Assembly (NCBI RefSeq): GCF_003334255.1
Contig: NZ_QOWU01000007.1
Source of the DNA: Escherichia coli
GTDB taxonomy: Bacteria > Pseudomonadota > Gammaproteobacteria > Enterobacterales > Enterobacteriaceae
Direction: 5' to 3' (one strand)
Length of the DNA stretch: 64,000 nucleotides
Shown here: positions 35,933 through 49,482 of the stretch, in pieces
Position numbering within the stretch: the first letter of the stretch is position 1
How the letters are laid out: each line of letters opens with the position of its first letter
Translations under genes and position numbers: made by a program
Notes under the pieces: generated by a model
Databases searched by the model: none
The model's input: the letters and a program-made list of their open reading frames with translations, nothing else
What the model was told of the DNA's origin: nothing

Positions 35933-36922
35933 ATGAACAAGTGGGGCGTAGGGTTAACATTTTTGCTGGCGGCAACCAGCGTTATGGCAAAGGATATTCA
36001 GCTTCTTAACGTTTCATATGATCCAACGCGCGAATTGTACGAACAGTACAACAAGGCATTCAGCGCCCACTGGAAACAGCAAACTGGTGATAACGTGGTG
36101 ATTCGTCAGTCACACGGTGGCTCAGGTAAACAAGCGACGTCGGTAATCAACGGTATTGAAGCTGATGTTGTCACGCTGGCTCTGGCCTATGACGTGGACG
36201 CAATTGCGGAACGCGGGCGGATTGATAAAGAGTGGATCAAACGTCTGCCGGATAACTCCGCACCGTACACTTCCACCATTGTTTTCCTGGTACGTAAGGG
36301 AAATCCGAAGCAGATCCATGACTGGAACGATCTGATTAAACCGGGTGTTTCGGTGATCACGCCTAATCCGAAAAGCTCTGGTGGCGCGCGCTGGAACTAC
36401 CTGGCAGCCTGGGGCTACGCGCTGCATCACAACAACAACGATCAGGCAAAAGCACAGGATTTTGTTCGGGCACTGTATAAAAACGTCGAAGTTCTGGATT
36501 CTGGCGCGCGTGGCTCCACTAACACTTTTGTCGAGCGCGGAATTGGCGATGTACTGATTGCCTGGGAAAACGAAGCTCTGCTGGCAGCGAATGAACTGGG
36601 GAAAGATAAATTCGAAATCGTCACGCCGAGTGAGTCTATCCTCGCAGAGCCAACCGTGTCGGTGGTCGATAAAGTGGTCGAGAAAAAAGGTACTAAAGAG
36701 GTGGCGGAAGCCTACCTGAAATATCTCTACTCGCCAGAAGGTCAGGAAATTGCCGCGAAAAACTACTACCGTCCGCGCGACGCTGAGGTGGCGAAAAAGT
36801 ACGAAAATGCGTTTCCAAAGCTGAAGTTATTCACCATTGATGAAGAGTTCGGCGGCTGGACGAAAGCGCAAAAAGAGCATTTTGCTAACGGCGGTACGTT
36901 CGATCAGATCAGCAAACGCTGA
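35933..36922 (+). CDS. sbp: periplasmic sulfate-binding protein
   Basis: 329-aa ORF with signal peptide [19 protein letters not shown]. Confidence 0.9.
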
Positions 36923-36942
36923 TTTCCCCAGGATAATTATCA

Positions 36943-36974
36943 AACCCGGTGGTTTCTCGCGACCGGGTTTTTTA
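36943..36974 (+). terminator. sbp rho-independent terminator
   Basis: aacccggt-ggtttctcgcg-accgggtt hairpin followed by TTTTTAT. Confidence 0.8.
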
Positions 36975-37028
36975 TTTGTCACGATTTTGCGTTACCCTTG
37001 CATCTCTTTGAGGTACAGGGAAAAAAAG

Positions 37029-37784
37029 ATGAAAAAAGCGGGTCTTCTTTTTTTGGTGATGATAGTTATCGCCGTTGTGGCTGCCGGTATTGGTTACTGG
37101 AAATTAACCGGTGAAGAGTCGGATACATTACGTAAGATTGTCCTTGAGGAATGTTTGCCCAATCAGCAGCAAAATCAAAATCCTTCGCCATGTGCGGAAG
37201 TCAAACCCAATGCCGGATACGTGGTTTTAAAAGATCTTAATGGCCCACTGCAATATCTGTTGATGCCAACGTATCGTATTAACGGTACTGAAAGTCCTTT
37301 GTTGACCGATCCTTCAACGCCGAACTTCTTTTGGTTGGCTTGGCAGGCGCGTGATTTTATGAGCAAAAAATACGGCCAGCCGGTTCCCGATCGCGCGGTT
37401 TCTTTGGCGATCAACTCCCGCACCGGGCGTACGCAAAACCATTTTCATATTCATATCTCTTGTATTCGTCCTGATGTGCGCAAACAGCTGGATAACAATC
37501 TGGCGAACATCAGCAGCCGCTGGTTGCCACTGCCAGGTGGTTTGCGCGGGCATGAATACCTGGCGCGTCGGGTAACGGAAAGCGAACTGGTACAACGCAG
37601 CCCATTTATGATGCTGGCAGAAGAAGTACCTGAGGCGCGGGAACATATGGGACGCTACGGGCTGGCGATGGTACGGCAGAGTGATAACTCATTTGTATTG
37701 CTGGCGACACAACGAAATCTACTGACGCTTAACCGTGCTTCAGCCGAGGAAATTCAGGATCATCAGTGTGAGATTTTGCGTTAA
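37029..37784 (+). CDS. cdh: CDP-diacylglycerol pyrophosphatase
   Basis: ORF-track ORF 36837-37784; start placed at [20 protein letters not shown] (251 aa). Confidence 0.9.
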
Positions 37785-37806
37785 GGCGAAGAGTTAAGGA
37801 AAGTAA

Positions 37807-37829
37807 GTGCCGGATATGAAATCCGGCAC
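37807..37829. terminator. hairpin between convergent cdh and tpiA (candidate bidirectional terminator)
   Basis: gtgccggat-atgaa-atccggcac, 9-bp stem. Confidence 0.6.
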
Positions 37830-37838
37830 CTGTCAGAC

Positions 37839-38606
37839 TTAAGCCTGTTTAGCCGCTTCTGCAGCTTTAACGATTACTGCGAAGGCGTCAGCTTTCAGAG
37901 AAGCACCACCAACCAGCGCGCCGTCGATATCCGGCTGAGCAAACAGTTCTGCAGCGTTAGACGCGTTTACAGAGCCGCCGTACTGAATGATCACTTGTTC
38001 AGCGATGTTAGCGTCAACTTTAGCGATGTGGTCACGGATGAATTTGTGAACAGCCTGTGCCTGAGCCGGAGTTGCAGATTTGCCAGTACCGATTGCCCAT
38101 ACAGGTTCGTAAGCGATAACCGCACCTTCGAATGCCGCAGCACCCTGAGTTTTCAGTACCGCGTCGATCTGACGTGCGCAAACTTCTTCAGTTTTGCCCG
38201 CTTCATTTTCAGCTTCGGTTTCACCGATGCACAGAACCGGAGTCAGGCCCTGCTCTTTCAGCACCGCGAATTTTTTCGCGATCAGTTCGTCAGATTCTTT
38301 GTGGTAAGTACGACGTTCAGAGTGACCGATGATGATGTACTGTGCGCCGATGTCTTTCAGCATAGCAGCAGAGGTTTCACCGGTGAATGCGCCGGACAGG
38401 TTCAGGTCCACGTTTTGCGCACCCAGCATGATGTGGCTGCCTTCAGCTTCGCGCTTCGCCATATCGATATACATTTCCGGTGGTGCGATTGCAACCGCAC
38501 AGCCAGCAACACCTGCCAGCTCTTTACGCAGGTTAGAAACCAGCTCGTGAACCATGTGGCGGCTGCCGTTCAGTTTCCAGTTACCCATCACTAAAGGATG
38601 TCGCAT
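37839..38606 (-). CDS. tpiA: triosephosphate isomerase
   Basis: [30 protein letters not shown]...; full match to recalled TpiA. Confidence 0.95.
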
Positions 38607-38713
38607 TTTAATTCTCCACGCTTATAAGCGAATAAAGGAAGATGGCCGCCCCGCAGGGCAGCAGGTCTGTGAAACAGTATAGAGATTCATCGGCACAAAG
38701 GCTTTGCTTTTTG

Positions 38714-39313
38714 TCATTTATTCAAACCTTCAAGCGATTCAGATAGCGCCAGCTTAATCGGTTCAACAGCGAAGGTCAGCCCCTTTTCGCCGTTGTCCGC
38801 GACAACATAACGCAGTGCACCTTCTGTCTCGGTGTAATAACGTTTGTTTTTCCCCGCCGTTAGTAGCGACTGCAGTTTTTTCTGGCTTTGTGTTTTGGTC
38901 ATTAATGGGGTGAGTGTGCGGATCACCGCTGCCATGTATTCCTGAGCTTTCGCTTTCGCGGCTTTTTGCTCTGGCCCCTGGATGGGTAGCCAGGTCATTT
39001 GAATGCTTTTGATTTTTAAGGTACCGCGCTCCAGCGCTGTAGAAGCATACAAGTTCTCATTAATTTTACTTGCAGCACGAGTGAGATTGGCTTTGTCGGG
39101 ACTGCTGTCGATGGCACGAAATTCGTTCAGTGGCAGGCTGGGATTCTGGCTGTTAAAGTCTTCTCGAAACTGGCTGATGGAGAGATCGAAAGTAGGGGCT
39201 CCAGCCAGCAGATAAGGCGCGGTCGTTGCCGTATCTGGTGTTTGTGCATGCGCCGCTGTTGTAACGGTTAATGCAGAACATAAGAGAAAAAACAGCGTAC
39301 ACCCTGGCTTCAT
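38714..39313 (-). CDS. yiiQ: periplasmic protein YiiQ (DUF1454)
   Basis: 199-aa ORF with signal peptide. Confidence 0.8.
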   Translation of the reverse strand: MKPGCTLFFLLCSALTVTTAAHAQTPDTATTAPYLLAGAPTFDLSISQFREDFNSQNPSLPLNEFRAIDSSPDKANLTRAASKINENLYASTALERGTLKIKSIQMTWLPIQGPEQKAAKAKAQEYMAAVIRTLTPLMTKTQSQKKLQSLLTAGKNKRYYTETEGALRYVVADNGEKGLTFAVEPIKLALSESLEGLNK

Positions 39314-39413
39314 TGACAGTACCTTTTGTTATGACTGGCTCCGATTAAAACGATATCTGTCGCCCTTGTCAAAAGGGTAGAATCCTGGAAAAGACAACCA
39401 TCAAGGAACTTAC

Positions 39414-39854
39414 ATGACCATACAGCAATGGTTATTCTCATTTAAAGGGCGTATTGGACGCCGTGATTTCTGGATTTGGATAGGCCTGTGGTTCGCAGGC
39501 ATGCTGGTGCTTTTCTCACTGGCGGGTAAGAATCTACTCGATATTCAGACCGCGGCGTTTTGCCTTGTGTGCTTGCTCTGGCCAACAGCGGCAGTAACTG
39601 TTAAGCGCTTGCATGATCGCGGGCGTTCCGGCGCATGGGCATTTCTGATGATTGTGGCGTGGATGCTGCTGGCGGGTAACTGGGCGATTTTACCGGGTGT
39701 CTGGCAATGGGCGGTGGGGCGTTTTGTCCCGACGTTGATTCTGGTGATGATGCTTATCGATCTTGGTGCGTTTGTTGGCACACAAGGCGAAAATAAATAT
39801 GGTAAAGATACTCAGGATGTGAAGTATAAAGCCGACAATAAATCAAGTAATTAA
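39414..39854 (+). CDS. yiiR: inner membrane protein YiiR (DUF805)
   Basis: 146-aa hydrophobic ORF. Confidence 0.8.
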   Translation: MTIQQWLFSFKGRIGRRDFWIWIGLWFAGMLVLFSLAGKNLLDIQTAAFCLVCLLWPTAAVTVKRLHDRGRSGAWAFLMIVAWMLLAGNWAILPGVWQWAVGRFVPTLILVMMLIDLGAFVGTQGENKYGKDTQDVKYKADNKSSN

Positions 39855-40065
39855 CCTTTAATATATCTCTTACTGCTATTTTTTTCCGGGATTGTTATTT
39901 CCACGATGCAAATGACAATACCCGGAAAATCCTTCTGAACTCTTCACCTTAAGCAATATCAAAAAAAATGGTAATCCATAAGATCATTACTTGTTTGTTC
40001 TTCCCTTAACGGCGCATTATTCTTAAGTCGTAATCGACAGAGAGGCGAATATACAGAGGTGCCCT

Positions 40066-40365
40066 ATGAAAGATGTCGTAGATAAATGCAGTACTAAAGG
40101 ATGTGCGATTGATATCGGTACGGTGATTGATAACGACAACTGTACCAGTAAGTTTTCGCGCTTTTTTGCCACCCGCGAAGAAGCAGAGTCTTTTATGACC
40201 AAACTGAAAGAGCTTGCCGCCGCTACATCCTCTGCAGATGAAGGGGCCAGCGTGGCCTATAAGATTAAGGATCTGGAGGGGCAAGTTGAGCTTGATGCGG
40301 CCTTCACTTTCTCATGCCAGGCCGAGATGATTATTTTTGAGTTATCACTGCGTTCGTTAGCTTGA
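40066..40365 (+). CDS. yiiS: small protein YiiS
   Basis: 99-aa ORF immediately upstream of uspD. Confidence 0.75.
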
Positions 40366-40391
40366 TGGAGTTGCTTTAGAAGGAGTTAAAC

Positions 40392-40820
40392 ATGGCTTAT
40401 AAACACATTGGCGTGGCAATTTCCGGGAATGAAGAAGATGCCTTACTGGTGAATAAAGCCCTGGAGCTCGCCAGACATAATGACGCTCACCTGACGTTAA
40501 TTCATATTGATGATGGCTTAAGCGAGTTGTATCCGGGTATCTACTTCCCTGCAACAGAAGATATTCTTCAATTGTTGAAGAATAAGTCGGATAACAAGCT
40601 GTATAAACTGACGAAAAATATTCAATGGCCGAAGACAAAACTGCGTATTGAACGCGGAGAAATGCCGGAAACACTGCTGGAAATTATGCAAAAAGAGCAG
40701 TGCGACCTCCTTGTCTGTGGTCATCATCACTCATTTATCAACCGTTTGATGCCGGCATATCGCGGGATGATCAATAAGATGAGTGCGGATTTGCTCATCG
40801 TGCCGTTTATCGATAAGTAA
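40392..40820 (+). CDS. uspD: universal stress protein D
   Basis: 142-aa [43 protein letters not shown]; UspA fold. Confidence 0.85.
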
Positions 40821-40824
40821 CCGC

Positions 40825-41571
40825 TTACCAGTAATGCTCCGCTGTCATATGGCCCGGTCGGCGACGTAAATGTTTCGTCATCTGCCGGGTCTCTTTCAGC
40901 AACTGTTGTGTATCGCGCACCATCTGTGGATTGCCGCACAGCATCACATGGCTGGTTTCTTTATTCATCGGCAGGCCAATCGTGCTTTCCAGTTCCCCAC
41001 TTTCAATTAATGCCGGTATCCGTCCGGTGAGCGACCCCGCTGCCGTTTCCCGACTGACCACCGTCTGAATGCGCAGTTTTCCTTCGTAGCGTTTTTCCAG
41101 TTCCTGCATCAGTGGCAAATAGCTTAAGTCGGCGGCATAACGTGCGGCGTGCACCAGGACCAGATTTTTGAAGCGATCTAAATCTTTACCTAGTTGCAGA
41201 ATCGATAAATAAGGGCCAATCGCTGTACCGGTTGCCAGCATCCATAGCGTTTCGCAGTGCGGCACTTCATCGAGCACAAAGAATCCTGCCGCTTCGCTAA
41301 CCACCTGCACTTCATCGCCTGGTTTCAGTGCCGCCAGTCGTGGGCTTAATTTGCCATCGGGGACGGTGACCAGGTAAAACTCCAGATCGGGATTATCGGG
41401 CGAGTTTACATAGGAGTAGGCGCGCTGGACGCGTTCGCCGTCGATTTCAAGGCCAAGCTTGGTAAATTGCCCGGCGGTAAACGGAAGCACGGGGGCGTGA
41501 ACGGTGAGACTAAACAGGGCGTCGGTCCAGTTCTGCACTTTAGTGACTTTGCCTGTTACCCAATCAGCCAT
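40825..41571 (-). CDS. fpr: ferredoxin/flavodoxin-NADP+ reductase
   Basis: 248-aa ORF MADWVTGKVTKVQNWTDALFSLTVHAPV. Confidence 0.9.
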   Translation of the reverse strand: MADWVTGKVTKVQNWTDALFSLTVHAPVLPFTAGQFTKLGLEIDGERVQRAYSYVNSPDNPDLEFYLVTVPDGKLSPRLAALKPGDEVQVVSEAAGFFVLDEVPHCETLWMLATGTAIGPYLSILQLGKDLDRFKNLVLVHAARYAADLSYLPLMQELEKRYEGKLRIQTVVSRETAAGSLTGRIPALIESGELESTIGLPMNKETSHVMLCGNPQMVRDTQQLLKETRQMTKHLRRRPGHMTAEHYW

Positions 41572-41616
41572 GTTTTTCTCCTGTTTTGATTGACTTGCCT
41601 TATCTTCGTTCTCCGA

Positions 41617-41646
41617 ACAAAAAAATTCCAGTCCCGAAGGACTGGA
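41617..41646 (-). terminator. glpX rho-independent terminator
   Basis: Minus-strand hairpin ccagtcc-ttcg-ggactgg followed by AATTTTTTTGT. Confidence 0.75.
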
Positions 41647-41667
41647 AGGCTCAATCGATCAAATCAA

Positions 41668-42678
41668 TCAGAGGATGTGCACCTGCATTTCCGGGTCTTT
41701 GCGATCCAGATAGTGGATGGACTGAATGCGGCGAATGGTGCGTGACTTGCCGCGGATCAGCAGCGTTTCGGTAGTCGCGATATTGCCTTTGCGGCTAATG
41801 CCTTCCAGCAGATCGCCTTTGGTAATACCGGTGGCAGAGAAGATGACGTTATCGCTGCGCGCCATATCGCCCAGGCGCAATACTTTACCGGCTTCGATGC
41901 CCATCGCTTTGCAGCGTGCCAGCTCCTGCTCGCCAATGCGACGATTCTCTTCGTTGTCGCCTTTGACGTCATGACGCGCCAGCAGACGACCGTTCATGTC
42001 GCCATCTAATGCGCGGATCACCGCCGCAGAAACTACGCCTTCCGGCGCGCCACCAATACCGTACAGCACGTCAACTTCGCTGTCTGGCATACAGGTGAGA
42101 ATTGAGGCCGCAACGTCGCCGTCCGGAATAGCAAATACGCGTACGCCGAGTTGCTGCATTTCAGCGATAACGGCATCGTGGCGTGGTTTAGCCAGAATCG
42201 TTACCGTCAGTTCGCTCAACGGTTTGCCGAGCGCCGCCGCTACATTGCGCAGGTTATCCGCCAGCGGCAGGTTCAGATCAATGGTGCCTTTGGCTCCCGG
42301 CCCGACAATCAGCTTCTCCATATACATATCCGGCGCATTGAGGAAGCAGCCTTTATCGCCTACTGCCAGCACCGCCAGCGCGTTAGCCTGGCCCATCGCC
42401 GTCATGCGCGTGCCTTCAATCGGATCAACAGCAATATCTACCGCGTCGCCGCGACCAGTACCGACTTTTTCACCAATGTAGAGCATCGGTGCTTCGTCGA
42501 TTTCACCTTCACCAATGACGATGGTGCCGTCAATGTTGACCTGGTTGAGCATAATACGCATGGCGTTTACCGCCGCGCCGTCCGCGGTGTTTTTATCGCC
42601 GCGTCCTAACCATTTGTAGCCAGCCAGCGCCGCTGATTCGGTGACGCGGGAAAATTCGATGGCAAGTTCTCGTCTCAT
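41668..42678 (-). CDS. glpX: fructose-1,6-bisphosphatase class II
   Basis: ORF-track ORF 41668-42807; start placed at MRRELAIEFSRVTESAALAGYKW (336 aa). Confidence 0.9.
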   Translation of the reverse strand: MRRELAIEFSRVTESAALAGYKWLGRGDKNTADGAAVNAMRIMLNQVNIDGTIVIGEGEIDEAPMLYIGEKVGTGRGDAVDIAVDPIEGTRMTAMGQANALAVLAVGDKGCFLNAPDMYMEKLIVGPGAKGTIDLNLPLADNLRNVAAALGKPLSELTVTILAKPRHDAVIAEMQQLGVRVFAIPDGDVAASILTCMPDSEVDVLYGIGGAPEGVVSAAVIRALDGDMNGRLLARHDVKGDNEENRRIGEQELARCKAMGIEAGKVLRLGDMARSDNVIFSATGITKGDLLEGISRKGNIATTETLLIRGKSRTIRRIQSIHYLDRKDPEMQVHIL

Positions 42679-42775
42679 AGCAAACTCTAAGCAGTAAGGA
42701 ATGGCGCGAAGTGTAGCACAGGGGAAGGGAGGGATTATTGATGTGTGCGGGGTTGCCCCCGCACGTTTCGGGACT

Positions 42776-42806
42776 ACCGGATGCGGCATAAACGCTTCAT
42801 TCGGCA
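42776..42806. repeat. partial REP-like sequence between glpK and glpX
   Basis: ccggatgcggcataaacgcttcattcggcat. Confidence 0.5.
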
Positions 42807-42812
42807 TTTACA

Positions 42813-45189
<2,377 letters not shown>

Positions 45190-45565
45190 AATCGGATCCT
45201 GAAGAGTTAATGTTTGTTGTATGCGTGAAAGTCACGGACCTCCACGATGCTTGTAGGCATGCTGTAAACTTATCGTTAACGAGCAAAAACGAGAAATATC
45301 GAACTTAAAATGTGTGTGCCTCGTCATAAAATGAGCGTTATCGCGCCATTTATTCCATCTGATTGTACATGATGCATGTTTGTTAGATCATTCGCGCAAC
45401 AAATTTATTAACATTTTCGATTGATGTGGATTATGTCACCAGGAGAAGGATGAAAAGTGTGGCAAACCGTAATCTGCAAGGCGTGCCGCTGGACAGCGAT
45501 GGCGCGGCTTCATACAATCGGAGCTAACTAAAGTGCGCTCGTATTTATTAAGGCGTCACCGGTAA

Positions 45566-45859
<294 letters not shown>

Positions 45860-45912
45860 TTACGCTTCATCTTCCGCGTAATTTCTTTACTGTGTAGGCC
45901 AACAGGTAACGC

Positions 45913-45940
45913 AGAAAAAAGGCACCTTGCGGTGCCTTTC
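45913..45940. terminator. hairpin between convergent zapB and rraA (terminator, T-tract on the rraA side)
   Basis: gaaaaaa-ggcacc-ttgc-ggtgcc-tttc; the minus strand reads the hairpin followed by TTTTTTC. Confidence 0.7.
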
Positions 45941-45943
45941 TTA

Positions 45944-46429
45944 TCATTCAATATCCAGCGGATCTTCTGAAAGAATAATCCCGGTATTGTCGGCATAAAG
46001 ATGGTCGCCGGAGAAGAAGGTGACACCGCCAAAATTGACGCGGACATCGCTTTCGCCAATGCCTTCGCCAGCGGCACCAACCGGAATTGCCGCCATCGCC
46101 TGGATGCCGATATCCAACTCTTCCAGGTCATCTACCTGACGCACCGCGCCGTAAATGACCAGACCTTCCCATTCATTTTGTACTGCCAGACGCGCCAGTT
46201 CAGCATCGACCAGTGCGCGACGAACAGAACCACCGCCATCGACGACAAGAACACGACCACGGCCATTCTGTTCGAGCAGATCGTACAGCAACCCGTTGTC
46301 CTCGAAACATTTTACCGTGATTATTTGTCCGCCAAACGACGCCCGTCCGCCAAAGTTGGAGAACAGCGGTTCCACGACGTTAACATCTTCTTGATAGATG
46401 TCACAAAGCTCGGAAGTATCGTATTTCAT
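45944..46429 (-). CDS. rraA: regulator of RNase E activity A
   Basis: 161-aa [31 protein letters not shown]. Confidence 0.9.
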
Positions 46430-46521
46430 AGGCTTAACATTCAGTTGCTGCGAGAATTTTCAGTATATCGCGCTATGTGGGCTGTTGGCAAAATCATCAA
46501 TTGTTAATTGATATTTGTCAG

Positions 46522-47448
46522 TTATGCTGCCCACTGGCTTAGGAATATCCCTAAAACAAACAGCAGGTTAGTCAGTAACGCTCCCTTGACAGTACGTTCC
46601 AGCATTGGTCGCATCGCCACCGGGTCCATTTCCCGCATCACATAACGGGCTTGCTTCACCAGTAATGGTGCCGCCAGCAGGAACAGCCAGCCCCACAGGC
46701 TATGCAGCGAAAAGAGATTAAACAGCGCCAGACACACCAGCGAGCCCATCAGCAGGCAGGCATGATAACGACGCGCGTTCACTTCACCTAAGCGCACCAC
46801 CAGCGTGTTTTTGCCATTTTCGCGGTCGCTATTGATATCACGCAGGTTATTAATATTCAGTACTGCCGTTGCCAGCAGGCCGCATGCGGTCGCCGGAAGG
46901 ATCAGTGCCGGAATCAATGTATGAGCCTGTAAATACCAGCTCCCCATGACACTCAACCAGCCAAAGAAAACCAGTACGGAAATATCACCCAGACCGATAT
47001 AACCATAAGGACGATTGCCCACGGTGTAGGTGATAGCGGCAATGATCGACAACCCGCCAAGAATCAGGAAACCGACAAAATCGGCCAGCGTATGGCATGC
47101 CACTGCAACCAGTGCCAGCCCGGAGAGACAGATGAGCACGACGGTAATAATGAGCGCCCGTTTCATCTCTTGCTGGGTAATGACCCCTTTTTGCATGCCG
47201 CGTAGCGGCCCAATGCGGTCAGGTTTATCGCTGCCTTTTACCGCATCGCCGTAATCATTGGCGAGGTTAGAAAGGATCTGTAATAGCCCGGCGGTAATTA
47301 GTGCCAGCAGGGCGACCAGCGGATCGAAGTGACCTTGCCACCATGCCAGCGCTGTCCCGACGATAATTGCAGCAAAGGCGAGGGGGAGGGTTTTAGGTCG
47401 TAAACTTTCCAGCCACGCCTGAGTTCGGCTAATTTGTTGTTCAGTCAT
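46522..47448 (-). CDS. menA: 1,4-dihydroxy-2-naphthoate octaprenyltransferase
   Basis: ORF-track ORF 46522-47460; start placed at MTEQQISRTQAWLESLRPKTLPLAF; UbiA-family membrane protein. Confidence 0.85.
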   Translation of the reverse strand: MTEQQISRTQAWLESLRPKTLPLAFAAIIVGTALAWWQGHFDPLVALLALITAGLLQILSNLANDYGDAVKGSDKPDRIGPLRGMQKGVITQQEMKRALIITVVLICLSGLALVAVACHTLADFVGFLILGGLSIIAAITYTVGNRPYGYIGLGDISVLVFFGWLSVMGSWYLQAHTLIPALILPATACGLLATAVLNINNLRDINSDRENGKNTLVVRLGEVNARRYHACLLMGSLVCLALFNLFSLHSLWGWLFLLAAPLLVKQARYVMREMDPVAMRPMLERTVKGALLTNLLFVLGIFLSQWAA

Positions 47449-47460
47449 AATACGCGCCAA

Positions 47461-47486
47461 TAAAAATGGGGCCTTTCAGCCCCATC
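47461..47486 (-). terminator. hslVU operon rho-independent terminator
   Basis: Minus-strand hairpin tggggc-tgaaag-gcccca followed by TTTTTATT. Confidence 0.75.
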
Positions 47487-47514
47487 AAACAATGATGAAA
47501 ATGATTGAACGCGA

Positions 47515-48846
47515 TTATAGGATAAAACGGCTCAGATCTTCATCTGCCACCAACGCATCCAGATGTTTGCTCACATAATCTGCGTCAATAGTGATATTTT
47601 GACCGCTTAAATCGCTGGCGTCGTAGGAAATCTCTTCCATTAAACGCTCCAGAACAGTGTGTAAACGACGAGCACCGATGTTTTCGGTAGATTCGTTCAC
47701 CTGCCATGCCGCTTCCGCGATGCGTTTAATACCGGAGTCGGTAAACTCGATATTTACGCCTTCAGTCGCCATCAGTGCTTTGTACTGCACGGTGATAGAG
47801 GCATTCGGCTCGGTCAGAATACGCTCGAAGTCGCTGGTGGTCAGCGCCTGCAGTTCAACGCGGATTGGCAGACGACCTTGCAGTTCCGGGATCAGGTCAG
47901 ACGGTTTCGCAATCTGGAACGCGCCAGAAGCGATAAACAGAATGTGGTCAGTTTTGACCATCCCGTGTTTGGTGGAAACGGTGCAACCTTCTACCAGCGG
48001 CAGCAGGTCACGCTGAACGCCTTCACGAGAAACATCCGGACCGGAAGACTCGCCGCGCTTACAGATTTTGTCGATCTCGTCGATAAACACGATCCCGTGC
48101 TGCTCAACAGCGTCGATAGCGTCTTGCTTCAGCTCTTCCGGGTTCACCAGTTTCGCCGCTTCTTCTTCAATCAGCAGCTTCATGGCGTCTTTGATTTTCA
48201 GCTTACGCGCTTTTTGCTTCTGGCCGCCCAGGTTCTGGAACATGGACTGCAGCTGGCTGGTCATCTCTTCCATGCCCGGAGGAGCCATAATTTCAACGCC
48301 CATCGGTGCTGCGGCAAGATCGATCTCGATTTCTTTGTCATCAAGCTGGCCTTCACGCAGTTTTTTGCGGAATGCCTGACGAGCAGCGGACGGTTCCTGC
48401 TGCTGTTCGGTCTGTCCCCAGTTGTTTTTAGCAGGTGGGATCAGCACGTCGAGAATACGTTCTTCTGCCAGTTCTTCAGCGCGATAACGGTTTTTCTCGA
48501 TAGCCTGGACGCGTACCATTTTCACGGCGGCATCGGTCAGATCGCGAATAATAGAATCCACTTCCTTACCGACGTAGCCCACTTCGGTGAATTTGGTCGC
48601 TTCAACTTTGATGAACGGCGCATTCGCCAGCTTAGCCAGACGACGGGCGATTTCAGTTTTACCGACACCGGTCGGGCCGATCATCAGGATATTTTTCGGG
48701 GTCACTTCATGGCGCAGCTCTTCGTTGAGCTGCATGCGACGCCAGCGGTTACGCAGAGCAATCGCCACAGAACGCTTGGCGTTGTCCTGGCCGATGATGT
48801 GCTTATCCAGTTCGCTGACGATTTCGCGTGGGGTCATTTCAGACAT
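47515..48846 (-). CDS. hslU: ATP-dependent protease ATPase subunit HslU
   Basis: 443-aa ORF with Walker A ([15 protein letters not shown]). Confidence 0.95.
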
Positions 48847-48855
48847 GGGAGATCC

Positions 48856-49386
48856 TTACGCTTTGTAGCTTAATTCTTCGATGGTGTGGAAATGGTTGGT
48901 ATAGATGCAAATGTCGCCTGCAATATCCAACGCCTTTTCAGCAATTTCACGGGCGCTAAGTTCAGTGTTTTCTAACAGCGCGCGCGCCGCAGCCTGGGCG
49001 TAAGGGCCGCCGGAGCCGATAGCAATAAGATCGTTTTCTGGCTGCACCACGTCACCGTTACCGGTGATGATAAGCGATGCAGTTTCATCCGCGACTGCCA
49101 GCAGTGCTTCAAGTTTGCGCAGCATGCGATCGGTACGCCAGTCTTTTGCCAGCTCAACGGCGGCTTTGACCAGATGGCCCTGATGCATTTCCAGTTTACG
49201 TTCAAACAGTTCGAACAGCGTAAAAGCATCCGCAGTACCGCCCGCAAAGCCCGCGATGACTTTGTCGTTGTACAGACGGCGGACCTTTTTCACGTTGCCT
49301 TTCATTACGGTATTGCCCAACGTGGCCTGACCATCACCAGCGATGACCACATGGCCGTTACGGCGTACGCTTACTATAGTTGTCAC
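48856..49386 (-). CDS. hslV: ATP-dependent protease subunit HslV
   Basis: (M)[37 protein letters not shown]; full match to recalled HslV. Confidence 0.95.
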
Positions 49387-49454
49387 GAGCTGACCCCTTG
49401 GTTACGAATACAGAGTACAAACCCCGTACAAAAGTACGGGGCATAATGCAATTA

Positions 49455-49482
49455 TAGATGGGGGGGATTTTGAGGGTTTCAA
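49455..49482 (-). promoter_or_regulatory. sigma-32 heat-shock promoter of hslVU
   Basis: Minus strand reads TTGAAA-N13-CCCCCCATCTATAA, matching the sigma-32 -35 CTTGAAA and -10 CCCCATNTA consensus; the -35 abuts the ftsN stop codon. Confidence 0.65.

Noticed and set aside
45194-45199. GGATCC (BamHI) site upstream of glpF and GAATTC within PrhaBAD, as possible cloning scars
   Set aside because: Single 6-bp sites occur by chance at this frequency, and the surrounding sequence is contiguous native intergenic DNA with no vector-like flanks.
47878-48873. 331-aa ORF on the plus strand entirely inside hslU (and similar long antisense ORFs inside fdoG, pfkA, tpiA, sodA, glpK, katG and others in the ORF track)
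   Set aside because: These lie wholly antisense to recognisable, well-supported genes, have no ribosome-binding sites that I could find, and have low-complexity Arg/His-rich translations typical of shadow ORFs in GC-rich coding DNA.
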